From assembly GCA_016186145.1 (NCBI GenBank), contig JACPMF010000007.1:19302-83301 (forward strand): a DNA stretch of 64,000 nucleotides, written 5' to 3'. Position numbers and translations under genes: made by a program. The notes under the pieces were generated by a model. The model was not told where the DNA came from and ran no database searches. It saw nothing but the letters and a program-made list of their open reading frames with translations. Each line of letters opens with the position of its first letter. The stretch's first letter is position 1. Source of the DNA: Candidatus Sungiibacteriota bacterium (GTDB lineage: Bacteria; Patescibacteriota; Minisyncoccia; Sungbacterales; SURF-37). Shown piece by piece: positions 48,756-58,058 of the stretch.

Positions 48756-49646
48756 TTACCTTTTTTCGCTTTTCAGCGCCTGCTTTGCAGCAAGCATATC
48801 GCGCATTTGCCCCTCGTCTAAAATCGGATAGTGCGGACTCAATTGCTTCAGACGAGCCGCAACAATTTCGGCAACCGTTGTGCGCGCGGACCACTTTTTG
48901 TCAGCCGGGATGACATACCACGGCGCGCGGGCTGTTGCCGTATTATTGATCGCGTCCTCGTATGCGCGCATGTATTCTTCCCAGTGTGCGCGCTCGCGGA
49001 TATCTCCCAAAGAAAATTTCCAATGCTTCTCCGGCCTTCTGATGCGCCGCAAGAAACGCTGTTTCTGTTCGGCTCGCGATATGTGCAGAAAGAACTTCAG
49101 AACCACAATACCGTTCCGAGTCAGATACTGTTCCCAGTTTCTGATGTCTTCGAAGCGCTGCTTCCAGATGTCCTCGCCGGAACATTCGCGAGGGAGGCGC
49201 TGCCTCAAGAGAAGTTCGGGGTGAACCCGTACCACAAGAACTTCTTCATAGTGCGAACGGTTGAAGACCCCGATTCGTCCCCGTTCAGGAAGGGCCCGCG
49301 CCGCGCGCCACAAAAAATCGTGATCAAGCTCCTCGTCGGAGGGCGCACGGAAGTTGGTCGTCTGAAAAGCGGTCGGTTTGATTCCGGAAAGCACATGTTT
49401 GATGACGCCGTCCTTCCCGGCCGTATCCATGCCCTGCAACACAAGCAAGACTCCATAGCTATTCTGCGCCCAAAGAATTTCCTGAAGCTTCCTTAACTGT
49501 TCAACTGCCTTTTCCAAACGTCCGAGCGCTTGCGGTTTATTTTGCAAAGAACCGGTCGAGGCCGAATTATAATCCTGAAGGCGAATCGGTCGTTCTCCCG
49601 TCACGATAAAATCTTCAAATTCCATTACAACGCCTCCGGTGTTCAA
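48756..49646 (-). CDS. ppk2: Polyphosphate kinase 2 family protein
   Basis: QGMDTAGKDG, FNRSHYE, KFFLHIS..EQ..R, APWYVIPAD.KW. Confidence 0.93.
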   Translation of the reverse strand: MNTGGVVMEFEDFIVTGERPIRLQDYNSASTGSLQNKPQALGRLEKAVEQLRKLQEILWAQNSYGVLLVLQGMDTAGKDGVIKHVLSGIKPTAFQTTNFRAPSDEELDHDFLWRAARALPERGRIGVFNRSHYEEVLVVRVHPELLLRQRLPRECSGEDIWKQRFEDIRNWEQYLTRNGIVVLKFFLHISRAEQKQRFLRRIRRPEKHWKFSLGDIRERAHWEEYMRAYEDAINNTATARAPWYVIPADKKWSARTTVAEIVAARLKQLSPHYPILDEGQMRDMLAAKQALKSEKR

Positions 49647-49745
49647 TTAAGTCGTGACGTTTCGCTTTATCGTAGATTACCTAAAAAACAAAATTTGTCA
49701 AGAAAAAAGAGGAGCGATGCTCCTCTTGGTGTTGTTATTTCTCGA

Positions 49746-50555
49746 CTACTGCTGCACAAACGCTTTCACGTCGAATACGGGTGATTCGGCAAGCACTGCT
49801 GCGAGCAGCGCCTCGCGAAGCGACTCCGGACTGCTTGCTTCCCGATAGTTGGTGCGCCCGACCTGGTTTAACGAATGCTTTAACCCAATACAGAATCCCG
49901 CGACGTCGACAACCACTGGCGATGTTGCAATAATTTCGTTAACGGCATCGGTAGGGTCGTAACCAAAATTTGCTTCTCCATCAGTCACGACAACAAGATG
50001 ATATTCGCCATAACCACGCTGGCGCCGCGCCTGAATCATAAGCTTTTCATACCCCGCCTTGATTGCGGTCGAAAGCGGCGTACCGCCATCGGCACGCAGA
50101 GCCCCAACCGCACCCTTGAACGCACGCCGGTGTTCCTGCCCGACGCCAAGCGGCACAAGCTCCTTAACGCCATGGTCGCTATTAAACACAAGTAGTCCGA
50201 GGTTCGCCCCGACGGGAACCTCTGCGGCAACCTCGCTCAAAACTCGCTTAGCGACATCTGCCTTTGGCTCTCTACTGTTGCATGCATTCTCTCTCATGCT
50301 CCCGGAGAAATCAGCAATGAAGTAATAATTATTGGCCAAAAGGTTTTCAACCAACAGAACCTCCTCACCCTTTGCGGGCGAAGGCGGCCAATTGGCTCGA
50401 ACGGCAAATCCGGGAATACTTTGCGCCGTGCCGTTGCTTTGAGAACCAGCGGCGTTCGTCGATCCCGACGATAAAGGAGCGCTGCCGTCACACGCACTAA
50501 GCGCGACGACGGAAAGAAGGGAAAGGCCGACCACGAAAATCGTTGGTCGCTTCAT
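49746..50555 (-). CDS. vWA-domain lipoprotein
   Basis: LSAC lipobox, DFSGSM MIDAS, GGTPL, VVTDG. Confidence 0.9.
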   Translation of the reverse strand: MKRPTIFVVGLSLLSVVALSACDGSAPLSSGSTNAAGSQSNGTAQSIPGFAVRANWPPSPAKGEEVLLVENLLANNYYFIADFSGSMRENACNSREPKADVAKRVLSEVAAEVPVGANLGLLVFNSDHGVKELVPLGVGQEHRRAFKGAVGALRADGGTPLSTAIKAGYEKLMIQARRQRGYGEYHLVVVTDGEANFGYDPTDAVNEIIATSPVVVDVAGFCIGLKHSLNQVGRTNYREASSPESLREALLAAVLAESPVFDVKAFVQQ

Positions 50556-50567
50556 AGCTTCCCCTCC

Positions 50568-52292
50568 TTACTGAAGCGGCTTGAAGACCGAGGCCTCGGC
50601 CTCGACCTGAATGATACGGAACTCAACCCGCATATTGTTTCTCCACTCCTGCTCGGTCTTCGGAGCGCACGGGTCAACCCCGCACATACCGGTCTTCGCC
50701 TTGACGATCCCGTGTCCGACCGTTGCAAACTGGCTCGGATCGAGACGCACGCTCTTGCCCTTCGCGTATGCAATGATGCTATCGCGAACGGCGTTCGCGC
50801 GCGTAAGACTCAAGTTTTTTGCCGCCTGCTCTACCTGCCGAAGGGCCGCTTCCGGAATACCCTGCTTCTTCTGCCGGAGGTACCCAAGCGGATCGCTATG
50901 GCCCTCGACGGTAATCACCGCTCCGCCGTAGGTAGAAACGAGTTCAACGACTTTCGCGAATGAGTCCCGATACAAGTCAGCAGGAAAAGCATTCTGATTC
51001 GGCTCGAAGTAGACTTCGAGAGAGAAAAGCTCGCCTTCGGCAAGCGTGCCCTGTTGCTGCTTCCTCGTAACAACCTTGGCAACCTCGCCAGTGTCGAACT
51101 TCGGCGCTTCAACTCCCTGAACATCGCGAAGACCCTGCGCAAGAACTTTGTAGTCCCAGCGAGCGTGATCAAGCGCGACGCGACCGGACAAAAGCCCGAG
51201 CGGAATAAAGGATGTCTGGATCTCGCCCGTCAGCTTATCGAGGTTCCTTGGATACGCCGGGTCCCCGAAAAACTTCACATTACCGCGGTACCCGACGAAC
51301 TCCGCATCTCCGTACATCCCCTCGGTATCGGCAACAGCGCTCGGACTGTCCATCAGAATGGTGGCGGCAGCTGAAATCATCTGCCGGTACTCGGCCTGAC
51401 GAGCAGTCTTGTTCTTCACCAGGTCACGAAGCATCTCTTCAGCGCGCATGAGAGCGCGGGTGAACTTCTGAACTTCGGCGCGATGCGCCTGCAGATAGTC
51501 AACACGCACCGCATAGACGTCCGCGATGACGCGGTTTGCCGTCTTTGTGGAAAGCATGATGCGCGCGCCCTTTACCGAATCCTCTGCGCCGCTCCCGGTG
51601 TTTCCGCCGGAAGTAAGCGCCAGGGCGTCAGGAATAATAACGAGCGCGGCATGCACCGACGGATCAGTGCGAAGAGCCGCGGCCGGCGTATTGTCATTGC
51701 CGGTAAGATCCTTCGTCCATTTAATGTTCACATCCTTAATGGAAAGCCCTGCGTCAGCAAGGATCTTCGCCAGATAATCAACATGCGGCCCGTATGCCTG
51801 AACGGCGATGGTCTTCCCGCGAAGTTCCTTCGGCGTCTTGATTCCGGACTTTACTACGAGAGCATCTCCGCCGTTCGACCACGTAAGTTGATAAACGACA
51901 ACCGGCTTGGTTTTCGGATCGCGAGAAGCGGCCCCGATGCACATATTGATCATTCCCAGCGTTCCGCGAAGGTATGGCGTCTCGCCGCGAATATACATTT
52001 CACACTGCTTCCTGAAATCATCTTCACGGAAAAGAACAAAATTCAAGCCCTCCTGGTCGAAAAAGCTTCCTCGCTGCGTACTCTTCTGATTGCCGTTTGC
52101 ATAAACCGTTGCGATATCGCCCCCCCACGTGATCAGAGGAACCTTAACCGAACCTGAACCGACATCGCCCGCCTTTGCAGTCACGACCTGGCTCAAGGGC
52201 GGCGATTGAATGTACTGCGGGACCGCTTCGCTAACCCCAGAAGAGACGACAACAAGTAGAACAGCAACGAACAGCGTGCTCATTCTTCGCAT
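50568..52292 (-). CDS. SBP (NMT1/TauA-like) plus OmpA-C fusion
   Basis: Signal peptide, WSNGGD, I.DV; C-terminal VEGHSD..NLS..RA.AV..NMRVEF. Confidence 0.85.
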   Translation of the reverse strand: MRRMSTLFVAVLLVVVSSGVSEAVPQYIQSPPLSQVVTAKAGDVGSGSVKVPLITWGGDIATVYANGNQKSTQRGSFFDQEGLNFVLFREDDFRKQCEMYIRGETPYLRGTLGMINMCIGAASRDPKTKPVVVYQLTWSNGGDALVVKSGIKTPKELRGKTIAVQAYGPHVDYLAKILADAGLSIKDVNIKWTKDLTGNDNTPAAALRTDPSVHAALVIIPDALALTSGGNTGSGAEDSVKGARIMLSTKTANRVIADVYAVRVDYLQAHRAEVQKFTRALMRAEEMLRDLVKNKTARQAEYRQMISAAATILMDSPSAVADTEGMYGDAEFVGYRGNVKFFGDPAYPRNLDKLTGEIQTSFIPLGLLSGRVALDHARWDYKVLAQGLRDVQGVEAPKFDTGEVAKVVTRKQQQGTLAEGELFSLEVYFEPNQNAFPADLYRDSFAKVVELVSTYGGAVITVEGHSDPLGYLRQKKQGIPEAALRQVEQAAKNLSLTRANAVRDSIIAYAKGKSVRLDPSQFATVGHGIVKAKTGMCGVDPCAPKTEQEWRNNMRVEFRIIQVEAEASVFKPLQ

Positions 52293-52460
52293 CTCGTGGT
52301 CCTCCTTTTCTCCGTTTTTGTTTTTCTTGTGTTTCTTGGAATCCATTATCGGCCAAAAGTTCTCTATCCACCTCCTTTTTGGCTTCCTCTAAAAAAGAAA
52401 AATGTTAATGTACACAATATACACTAGTACACTATTTTTAACTATTTGTAAAGGGCTCGG

Positions 52461-52489
52461 TGGACAATAAAATATTTTAATGTTATAAT
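52461..52489 (+). promoter_or_regulatory. Sigma70-type promoter
   Basis: TGGACA-17 nt-TATAAT with TGn extension. Confidence 0.7.
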
Positions 52490-52538
52490 TTTTAAGCTCG
52501 TTGCCAAACAGAAAACGCACTTGGACCAGGAGGATTCC

Positions 52539-53585
52539 GTGTTTGATGAAAACACCGTCGCCAGGCAGATTGCCAGCGGGCATAAGACCGGCCGCAAAAC
52601 ATTCGCATTTGACGAAAACCACGATCCGACAGAACCGATTACGATGTGGTTCCAGGATACAGGAGAAGGGTTGGGCTTGTTCGTAATTTTCTATACGCAA
52701 GCGTGCCGCTGGTCTCGATGCCTCGGCTGCAACCTTCCATCACTCTGCTCCCAATTCCCGGTCGGTTTCAAAAATGTCTTGACGCAGGTCGACCGCGTTT
52801 TTGCAAACCCCGCGGTCCAAAAGAGGCGCAGTGAAATCCGCCGGCTTATCGTGAGCAATAATGGTTCGGTGCTCGACCAAATCACATTCCCTTCAACCGC
52901 CTTAATGCATCTGGTGCTCCAAGCGCAACTGAATTTCTCCAATCTTTCCGTCCTGTGCCTTGAAACGCGCGCCGAGTATGTCGAACCGGCGGAACTGGAG
53001 TTTCTTGCGCGCGCAATCAAAGAGGGCGAGACCCCGACGGAACTTGAGCTCGCGATCGGTTTTGAGGCATTTGACGACAAGATCCGAAATAATCTGATGA
53101 AAAAAGGGCTGACGAAGAAAGTTTTCGAAGAGCTCATCGGCGATATGGCCGAACACCGCTTTCGCCTCAAGTGCTATCTGATGCAAAAGCCGATGCCAGG
53201 CATGACGGACGAAGAAGGAATCCGCGATATTCAGAATGCCATCGCCTACTTCGGAACCCTCTCCGCAGCACACGGCGGCAAAGACGCAGGACCCCGCGTG
53301 CAAATCAACGTACACTTGAACCCGACGTATGTCGCTAAGGGGACGATCTTGGAAAAAGCATTTTTGGAGGGCGGCTATACACCGCCGAACCTGCGCGATG
53401 TCGCCCGCGCGGCGCTCTTTGCAGAAAATCTTCCGCTGACCGTTTTCATTGGATTAAACGACGAGGGGCTGGCTGTCCCTGGCGGGTCGTTCATTCGTGA
53501 AGGCGATGACCCGCTTGTTGAGCGGCTTGAAAAATTCAACCAGCGGCAGGACTACAACATTCTTCATTCATTTGTCTCGTTATAA
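52539..53585 (+). CDS. Radical SAM protein, TIGR01210/RaSEA-like
   Basis: CRWSRCLGC (Cx4Cx2C), NNGSVLD, ETRAEY, AIGFE, Y.M.KP, NPT.V..GT.L; GTG after AGGAGG. Confidence 0.75.
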   Translation: MFDENTVARQIASGHKTGRKTFAFDENHDPTEPITMWFQDTGEGLGLFVIFYTQACRWSRCLGCNLPSLCSQFPVGFKNVLTQVDRVFANPAVQKRRSEIRRLIVSNNGSVLDQITFPSTALMHLVLQAQLNFSNLSVLCLETRAEYVEPAELEFLARAIKEGETPTELELAIGFEAFDDKIRNNLMKKGLTKKVFEELIGDMAEHRFRLKCYLMQKPMPGMTDEEGIRDIQNAIAYFGTLSAAHGGKDAGPRVQINVHLNPTYVAKGTILEKAFLEGGYTPPNLRDVARAALFAENLPLTVFIGLNDEGLAVPGGSFIREGDDPLVERLEKFNQRQDYNILHSFVSL

Positions 53586-53711
53586 AGACAGGCAGCTTCC
53601 CCGGAAAGGAAGCTTTTTACTTATTATTGGGAAACAAGCAATTGACATTTTATAGAAAACATAGTAAAGTCATTTAAATGTTTCGGTACCTTAAAAACCC
53701 GAGGTGAAGCC

Positions 53712-55298
53712 ATGGCCGATGACATAGAAGGCCGCTGGGGGTCTGATAACTTCCTTGACGCGCTTGGGTTGTCGCACCTCAAATCAGTTCTCGGGCGCAG
53801 GCGAGGGCAAGCTTCCGAAATGAATCCTGCAACATCGAGGGGCTACGAAGAAGCGCTCGAAGCGGCAAGAAAAAAAATCCGCGAGCAGGGAATAGAGCTG
53901 CAACGGCTCTCTTCGCACCCATTCGACTACGCAACAGTTATCACCGTAAACCCGGGAGAACTGTCGGCAGTTATTATCCATGAAGGACGCGTACGCGAAG
54001 TAGCTTTACCAACCGGCAAAAACATTTTGCCCGGTGACACGGTTAAAATTTCAAGCGCCACAATGCAAATCATCGCCCAGGCCGCGCAGATTCCCGCCGG
54101 TAATGTGGGAATTTTACGGCGCGTGGGAACCGAGGCAAGTGAAATCGATTATCAGGGTGTCACCAAAGTTGTTCTCAATGGAAAATGCGCCGGCTCTCTT
54201 GAGACCGGCGACCGAGTACGACTCGACCAGCACGGATTCGTCATCACCGCAAAACTCGAAAGAGAAGAAGAGCGCTACCGCTTTTCCGAGGAAACCCACG
54301 TGCAGTGGAGCGACATCGGCGGATGCGACGACGCAAAAGAACTGCTTATCGAGGCAATCGAGCTTCCTCACGAGTTCCCGGAGCTTTTCAGCGCATACAA
54401 CAAGAAGCCCCCGAAAGGAATTCTTCTCTACGGGCCTCCGGGTTGCGGAAAAACAATGCTTGCCAAAGCGGCCGCAACGGCGCTTGCCGAAACCCACCGG
54501 AAGAAAGACGGCCCGGCCGGGAATATTCCTTCCGGATTCTTCTTTATCAAGGGGCCTGAACTTCTTGATAAATACGTGGGTGCCACCGAAGCAAAAATAA
54601 GAGAGGTGTTCGACCTCGCGCGCCGGCATGAAGCAAAGTACGGCTACCAGCCGGTTATCTTTTTTGACGAAGCCGACGCGCTTCTTTCAAAGCGCGGCTC
54701 CGGCATAAGCTCGGATATGGAACGAACCATCGTACCGATGTTCCTTTCCGAAATGGACGGCTTGCAAAAAGCCGGCGCCATCGTGCTTCTTGCGACGAAC
54801 CGGCCTGACGTTCTGGATCCCGCGGTCATCCGGGAGGGACGGATCGACCGAAAAGTGAAAATCCCGAGGCCAACCAAAGAAGTCTCGGTTGTCATCTTCG
54901 AACTGCATCTGAAAGGCGTGCCGTTTGCGAACAAAGACATCACGCACGAACTCGTCTCGCAATTCGCCGCAGACGCGCTCTTCTCCGACGAACGAGTGCT
55001 CTACGACCTTCTGCTCAATCCGGCGGACCAAGAGAAAAAAGCCGTTTTCGCGCTTCGCGAGCTGGTAAACGGCGCAATGATTAAAGGAGCCGTCGACAAG
55101 GCAACTTCTATTGCGCTCAACCGCGACAGAAAAGCCGGCAACAAGACGGCAACGGGCATTACGAAAGAAGATATTACAGCCGCTATTGATTCCGCATTCC
55201 GTGAAAACTTCGACATGAACCACGACGACGAACTTGAAGAATTCCGGCGCGAGCATGGCGGAGGAATCCCGCTGAAACGCGTGCAAGCGCGCGTGTAA
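53712..55298 (+). CDS. ARC/Mpa-like proteasome-type AAA ATPase
   Basis: Coiled coil plus OB-like region, GPPGCGKT, KGPELL.KYVG, FFDE, RGSGISSD.E.TIVP, GAMI. Confidence 0.85.
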   Translation: MADDIEGRWGSDNFLDALGLSHLKSVLGRRRGQASEMNPATSRGYEEALEAARKKIREQGIELQRLSSHPFDYATVITVNPGELSAVIIHEGRVREVALPTGKNILPGDTVKISSATMQIIAQAAQIPAGNVGILRRVGTEASEIDYQGVTKVVLNGKCAGSLETGDRVRLDQHGFVITAKLEREEERYRFSEETHVQWSDIGGCDDAKELLIEAIELPHEFPELFSAYNKKPPKGILLYGPPGCGKTMLAKAAATALAETHRKKDGPAGNIPSGFFFIKGPELLDKYVGATEAKIREVFDLARRHEAKYGYQPVIFFDEADALLSKRGSGISSDMERTIVPMFLSEMDGLQKAGAIVLLATNRPDVLDPAVIREGRIDRKVKIPRPTKEVSVVIFELHLKGVPFANKDITHELVSQFAADALFSDERVLYDLLLNPADQEKKAVFALRELVNGAMIKGAVDKATSIALNRDRKAGNKTATGITKEDITAAIDSAFRENFDMNHDDELEEFRREHGGGIPLKRVQARV

Positions 55299-55348
55299 AC
55301 CAAAAAATCAAAAACCTCATCGTACTGATGAGGTGTTTTCTTTTTGTG

Positions 55349-56272
55349 CTACTCCTTTACGTCGATGTCGAACCCGAAAATACTTCGCTTGCCGTATGTC
55401 GGAGGCGTTTTTGGGTCATCTTGAACCGACGTCACGTCATGCCAAAGAGGAGAATTGCGATCTTGCTGGAAAAGCCCTTGCCCGGGCTGTAAACATGCCC
55501 GCAGGTATTCTGTTTTTTTATCAGGCCCGTACACAATGCTCTCACCGCCAATAACTCCGTCGCGTTCAACGACCAAGGCGGAAATGATATAGTCCGCACC
55601 GTCCTGGTGAATGCCTTCAGGCGCATTCGTACCTTCGCCATCGGCGTCTGCAAAAATGCTTACCTGGTGAACTGCGGCCGAAAGCGTCTTAACTGCAGGT
55701 CGCACTTCCCGAATCATTTCCGCAACGCATCCGAGAAGGTGCTGGAAGTCAGGGTGGCCCGTAACCATTTCCGAAATCTCCTTAAAAGCGCGGGTGAAAG
55801 ACCGCGCGTCGCCGCTCTCCACATTTTGAGAAAAACTGTCTGCCGGACGCCGCGTAATTCTCCAACCCGCCGGCATAGACGGCTCGCGGTCGAAAAGAAG
55901 CCTGGCGATAGCGCGCTTTCTCCGCGGACGAATGCGCTCCAAAACCCACCGCTCTCCTTGTGAAAGCCGAACAATGAGATCGCCGACGTCCTCTAGCCCT
56001 TTTCTACCGGCATAATATTCGGGAAGAAGCGCATCGAGTCGGGACTTCTCATGGAAGAAGCGCTGTGTGAGATACGCCACCTGATCTCTTTTTACATCAT
56101 ACTCATCCCATGACAACAAGCTGAATGTTGGAGCGAGTTCACTGATGAACCGCTCCCGGTTAACCCCCAGACCTCCCAGATCAAACATGCGCACGGGATG
56201 TCCAATGGGGCTGCCCAATTTCGCCGAAAGAGCCGCCTCGTCAGCAAGATAACCGAAAAAGGGCTTTGTCAT
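55349..56272 (-). CDS. 2OG-Fe(II) dioxygenase (BsmA/2OG-Fe_Oxy_2-like)
   Basis: NAPEGIHQDGADY, GGES, WHDVT, terminal R. Confidence 0.85.
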   Translation of the reverse strand: MTKPFFGYLADEAALSAKLGSPIGHPVRMFDLGGLGVNRERFISELAPTFSLLSWDEYDVKRDQVAYLTQRFFHEKSRLDALLPEYYAGRKGLEDVGDLIVRLSQGERWVLERIRPRRKRAIARLLFDREPSMPAGWRITRRPADSFSQNVESGDARSFTRAFKEISEMVTGHPDFQHLLGCVAEMIREVRPAVKTLSAAVHQVSIFADADGEGTNAPEGIHQDGADYIISALVVERDGVIGGESIVYGPDKKTEYLRACLQPGQGLFQQDRNSPLWHDVTSVQDDPKTPPTYGKRSIFGFDIDVKE

Positions 56273-56419
56273 TGCTGTCCTCCGCTTTGAAAGAACACCA
56301 CAAACGATTTGCCCATTACTATACAACAAAAAATAAAAATTGCAATATGGCGTGGCGGTTTACCAAACTGGAGCCGCATAAAAGTTTGGACAAATAAACA
56401 AAAGTGCGCTACCAATTAA

Positions 56420-56637
56420 AGGGCTTTATCCAAAATTTAGAGCCGGTGGCGAACAAATTTTGGTTACAAAACATTACCCTGTTAAATAATTTTGCCGCAG
56501 GCAAAATTCCCCTGTTAAATCTTTTGCCTTCGGCAAAAGAAAACCAAGGGTTTTATTTAACAGGGGATTTAACAGGGTGCTGAATTTTACAGTCGCTCGC
56601 GCTGCGCAAAATACTTACGCTCGCGAGTAAAATTTGC
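56420..56637 (+). repeat. Composite structured element, copy D (inner unit nested twice)
   Basis: TAAAGGGCTTT-hairpin-CAAAACATTA-CCCTGTTAAAT..CCCCTGTTAAAT..ATTTAACAGGGG-ATTTAACAGGG-TGCTGAATTTTA...AAAATTTGC|ATG. Confidence 0.85.
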
Positions 56638-57762
56638 ATGTCCCCAAATGATCAAGCGCTTGCGCTTATAAAAAAGAGTAATGCGGTTGCCGTAGCGCTT
56701 CCGGAAAAAGCCGGAGTGGATGAAATTTGTTCCGCTGCGGCCGCGCTAAAAATTCTCACAAAACTCGGGAAAAACACCGGCATTTTTTTCTCGGGAACCG
56801 TCCCTGTAGTTTTTGAAAAACTCTTTCCCGCCAACACCCTCCTGCAAAACGGAGCAGACGTCCTTTCGGATTTCGTTATTGAAATAAACAAAACCTCGTC
56901 GCCGATCGGAGAACTCCGTTATCAAAAGACAGAATCAACGCTTTCGATAATTATCTCGCCAAAAGACCGGCCAATAAAAAAGGAGGACATCGTTTTGAAG
57001 TCGGGAAAAAAGAAATGCGATCTTCTCATCGCCTTCGGAGTGAACGAGCTTTCTGAAATCGGGCCGGCTTTTGAAAACTCGCCGGAACTTTTCTATGAAA
57101 AGCCGCTCATCGCATTCAGTTTATCTCCCGAGACAGAAACAGTGAGTGAAGTCAGCCTTGCCGATCCTGCCCGCAGTTCAATCTCGGAAATTTCAGGCGA
57201 ATTCTTTTTTGAGGCCTTCCCGGAACAAATCGACAAAGACGCCGCAACCCTTTTTCTTCTTGGAATCGTCTATAAAACAAAAAACTTCAGGAGCGGGCGC
57301 GTACGACCGAAAACCTTTGCCGCCGCCGCGCGGCTCATTGAGCGCGGCGCTCTGCTCGACGAAATTGTCAGAATCCTTTGGAAAACAAAGCCGCTGCCGC
57401 TCCTTCAACTTTGGGGCAGAGCCGCAGTCCGTTCGCGATACGACGAAGGAAAAAAATCCCTTATCGCCGTCCTCACCAAAGACGATTTTCTAAAAACGAA
57501 CACGACGCCGGAGAACGGCCTGCCGTTTGTCCTTGAACACCTTGAGGAACACTTTCTCCTTCCGAAAAACTTCGCGCTTCTTTGGCAAAACCCGCGCGAT
57601 GAAACAGTTAACTGCTTAATTAAAAATCCCCTCCACGACCACGAGAAAAAAGGGCTTACCCGATCACCGGCAAAAGAAGGATACCTTGAATTCTTAAAAA
57701 CTTTTGCCTCGTTCCAAGAAGCCGAAAAAACTGTTACGGCGCTCTTTGCTTACAACGTCTAA
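56638..57762 (+). CDS. Degenerate DHH/NrnA-like protein
   Basis: A..F..GI...T.NF, L.LWGRA; DHH motif absent. Confidence 0.6.
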   Translation: MSPNDQALALIKKSNAVAVALPEKAGVDEICSAAAALKILTKLGKNTGIFFSGTVPVVFEKLFPANTLLQNGADVLSDFVIEINKTSSPIGELRYQKTESTLSIIISPKDRPIKKEDIVLKSGKKKCDLLIAFGVNELSEIGPAFENSPELFYEKPLIAFSLSPETETVSEVSLADPARSSISEISGEFFFEAFPEQIDKDAATLFLLGIVYKTKNFRSGRVRPKTFAAAARLIERGALLDEIVRILWKTKPLPLLQLWGRAAVRSRYDEGKKSLIAVLTKDDFLKTNTTPENGLPFVLEHLEEHFLLPKNFALLWQNPRDETVNCLIKNPLHDHEKKGLTRSPAKEGYLEFLKTFASFQEAEKTVTALFAYNV

Positions 57763-57792
57763 TGTTTTACCGCGCCATCTGCTTTGGTTGGC

Positions 57793-58050
57793 TCAGCGAT
57801 AAATTGAGTGGTCGCCTACTGAATGAAACCAAACTATGCTTTTCCTTTCAAACTCAAAAACAATCCTGTGTTTAGCATCAATAGAAAAAGCCCAATACTC
57901 TTTGAGTCGGCCTTGTAATTTGTGAGTATTGAGCATCGGATGAAAAGGGTTCTTTCTGAACGCCTTTTCTTTTTCTTCGGCCAGCATCTTAATTCCCTTT
58001 GAAAGCCTCCTATATTCGCGTTCAAACTTTGAGGAATAGTAAATCTGCAT
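57793..58050 (-). CDS. RelE/YafQ-like toxin
   Basis: NPF.P.L.THKL.G, W.FSI...RI.FEF, G.H.IY. Confidence 0.88.
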   Translation of the reverse strand: MQIYYSSKFEREYRRLSKGIKMLAEEKEKAFRKNPFHPMLNTHKLQGRLKEYWAFSIDAKHRIVFEFERKSIVWFHSVGDHSIYR

Positions 58051-58058
58051 CTAACAAG

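Noticed and set aside
43953-52157. Long antisense ORFs in the island (for example 45297-46133, 48831-49496, 51483-52157)
   Set aside because: Mirror frames of well-supported genes, expected with GC-rich codon usage; no motifs.
56638-57762. Active nanoRNase/c-di-AMP phosphodiesterase
   Set aside because: The DxD and DHH catalytic motifs are not recognisable; kept only as a degenerate homologue.
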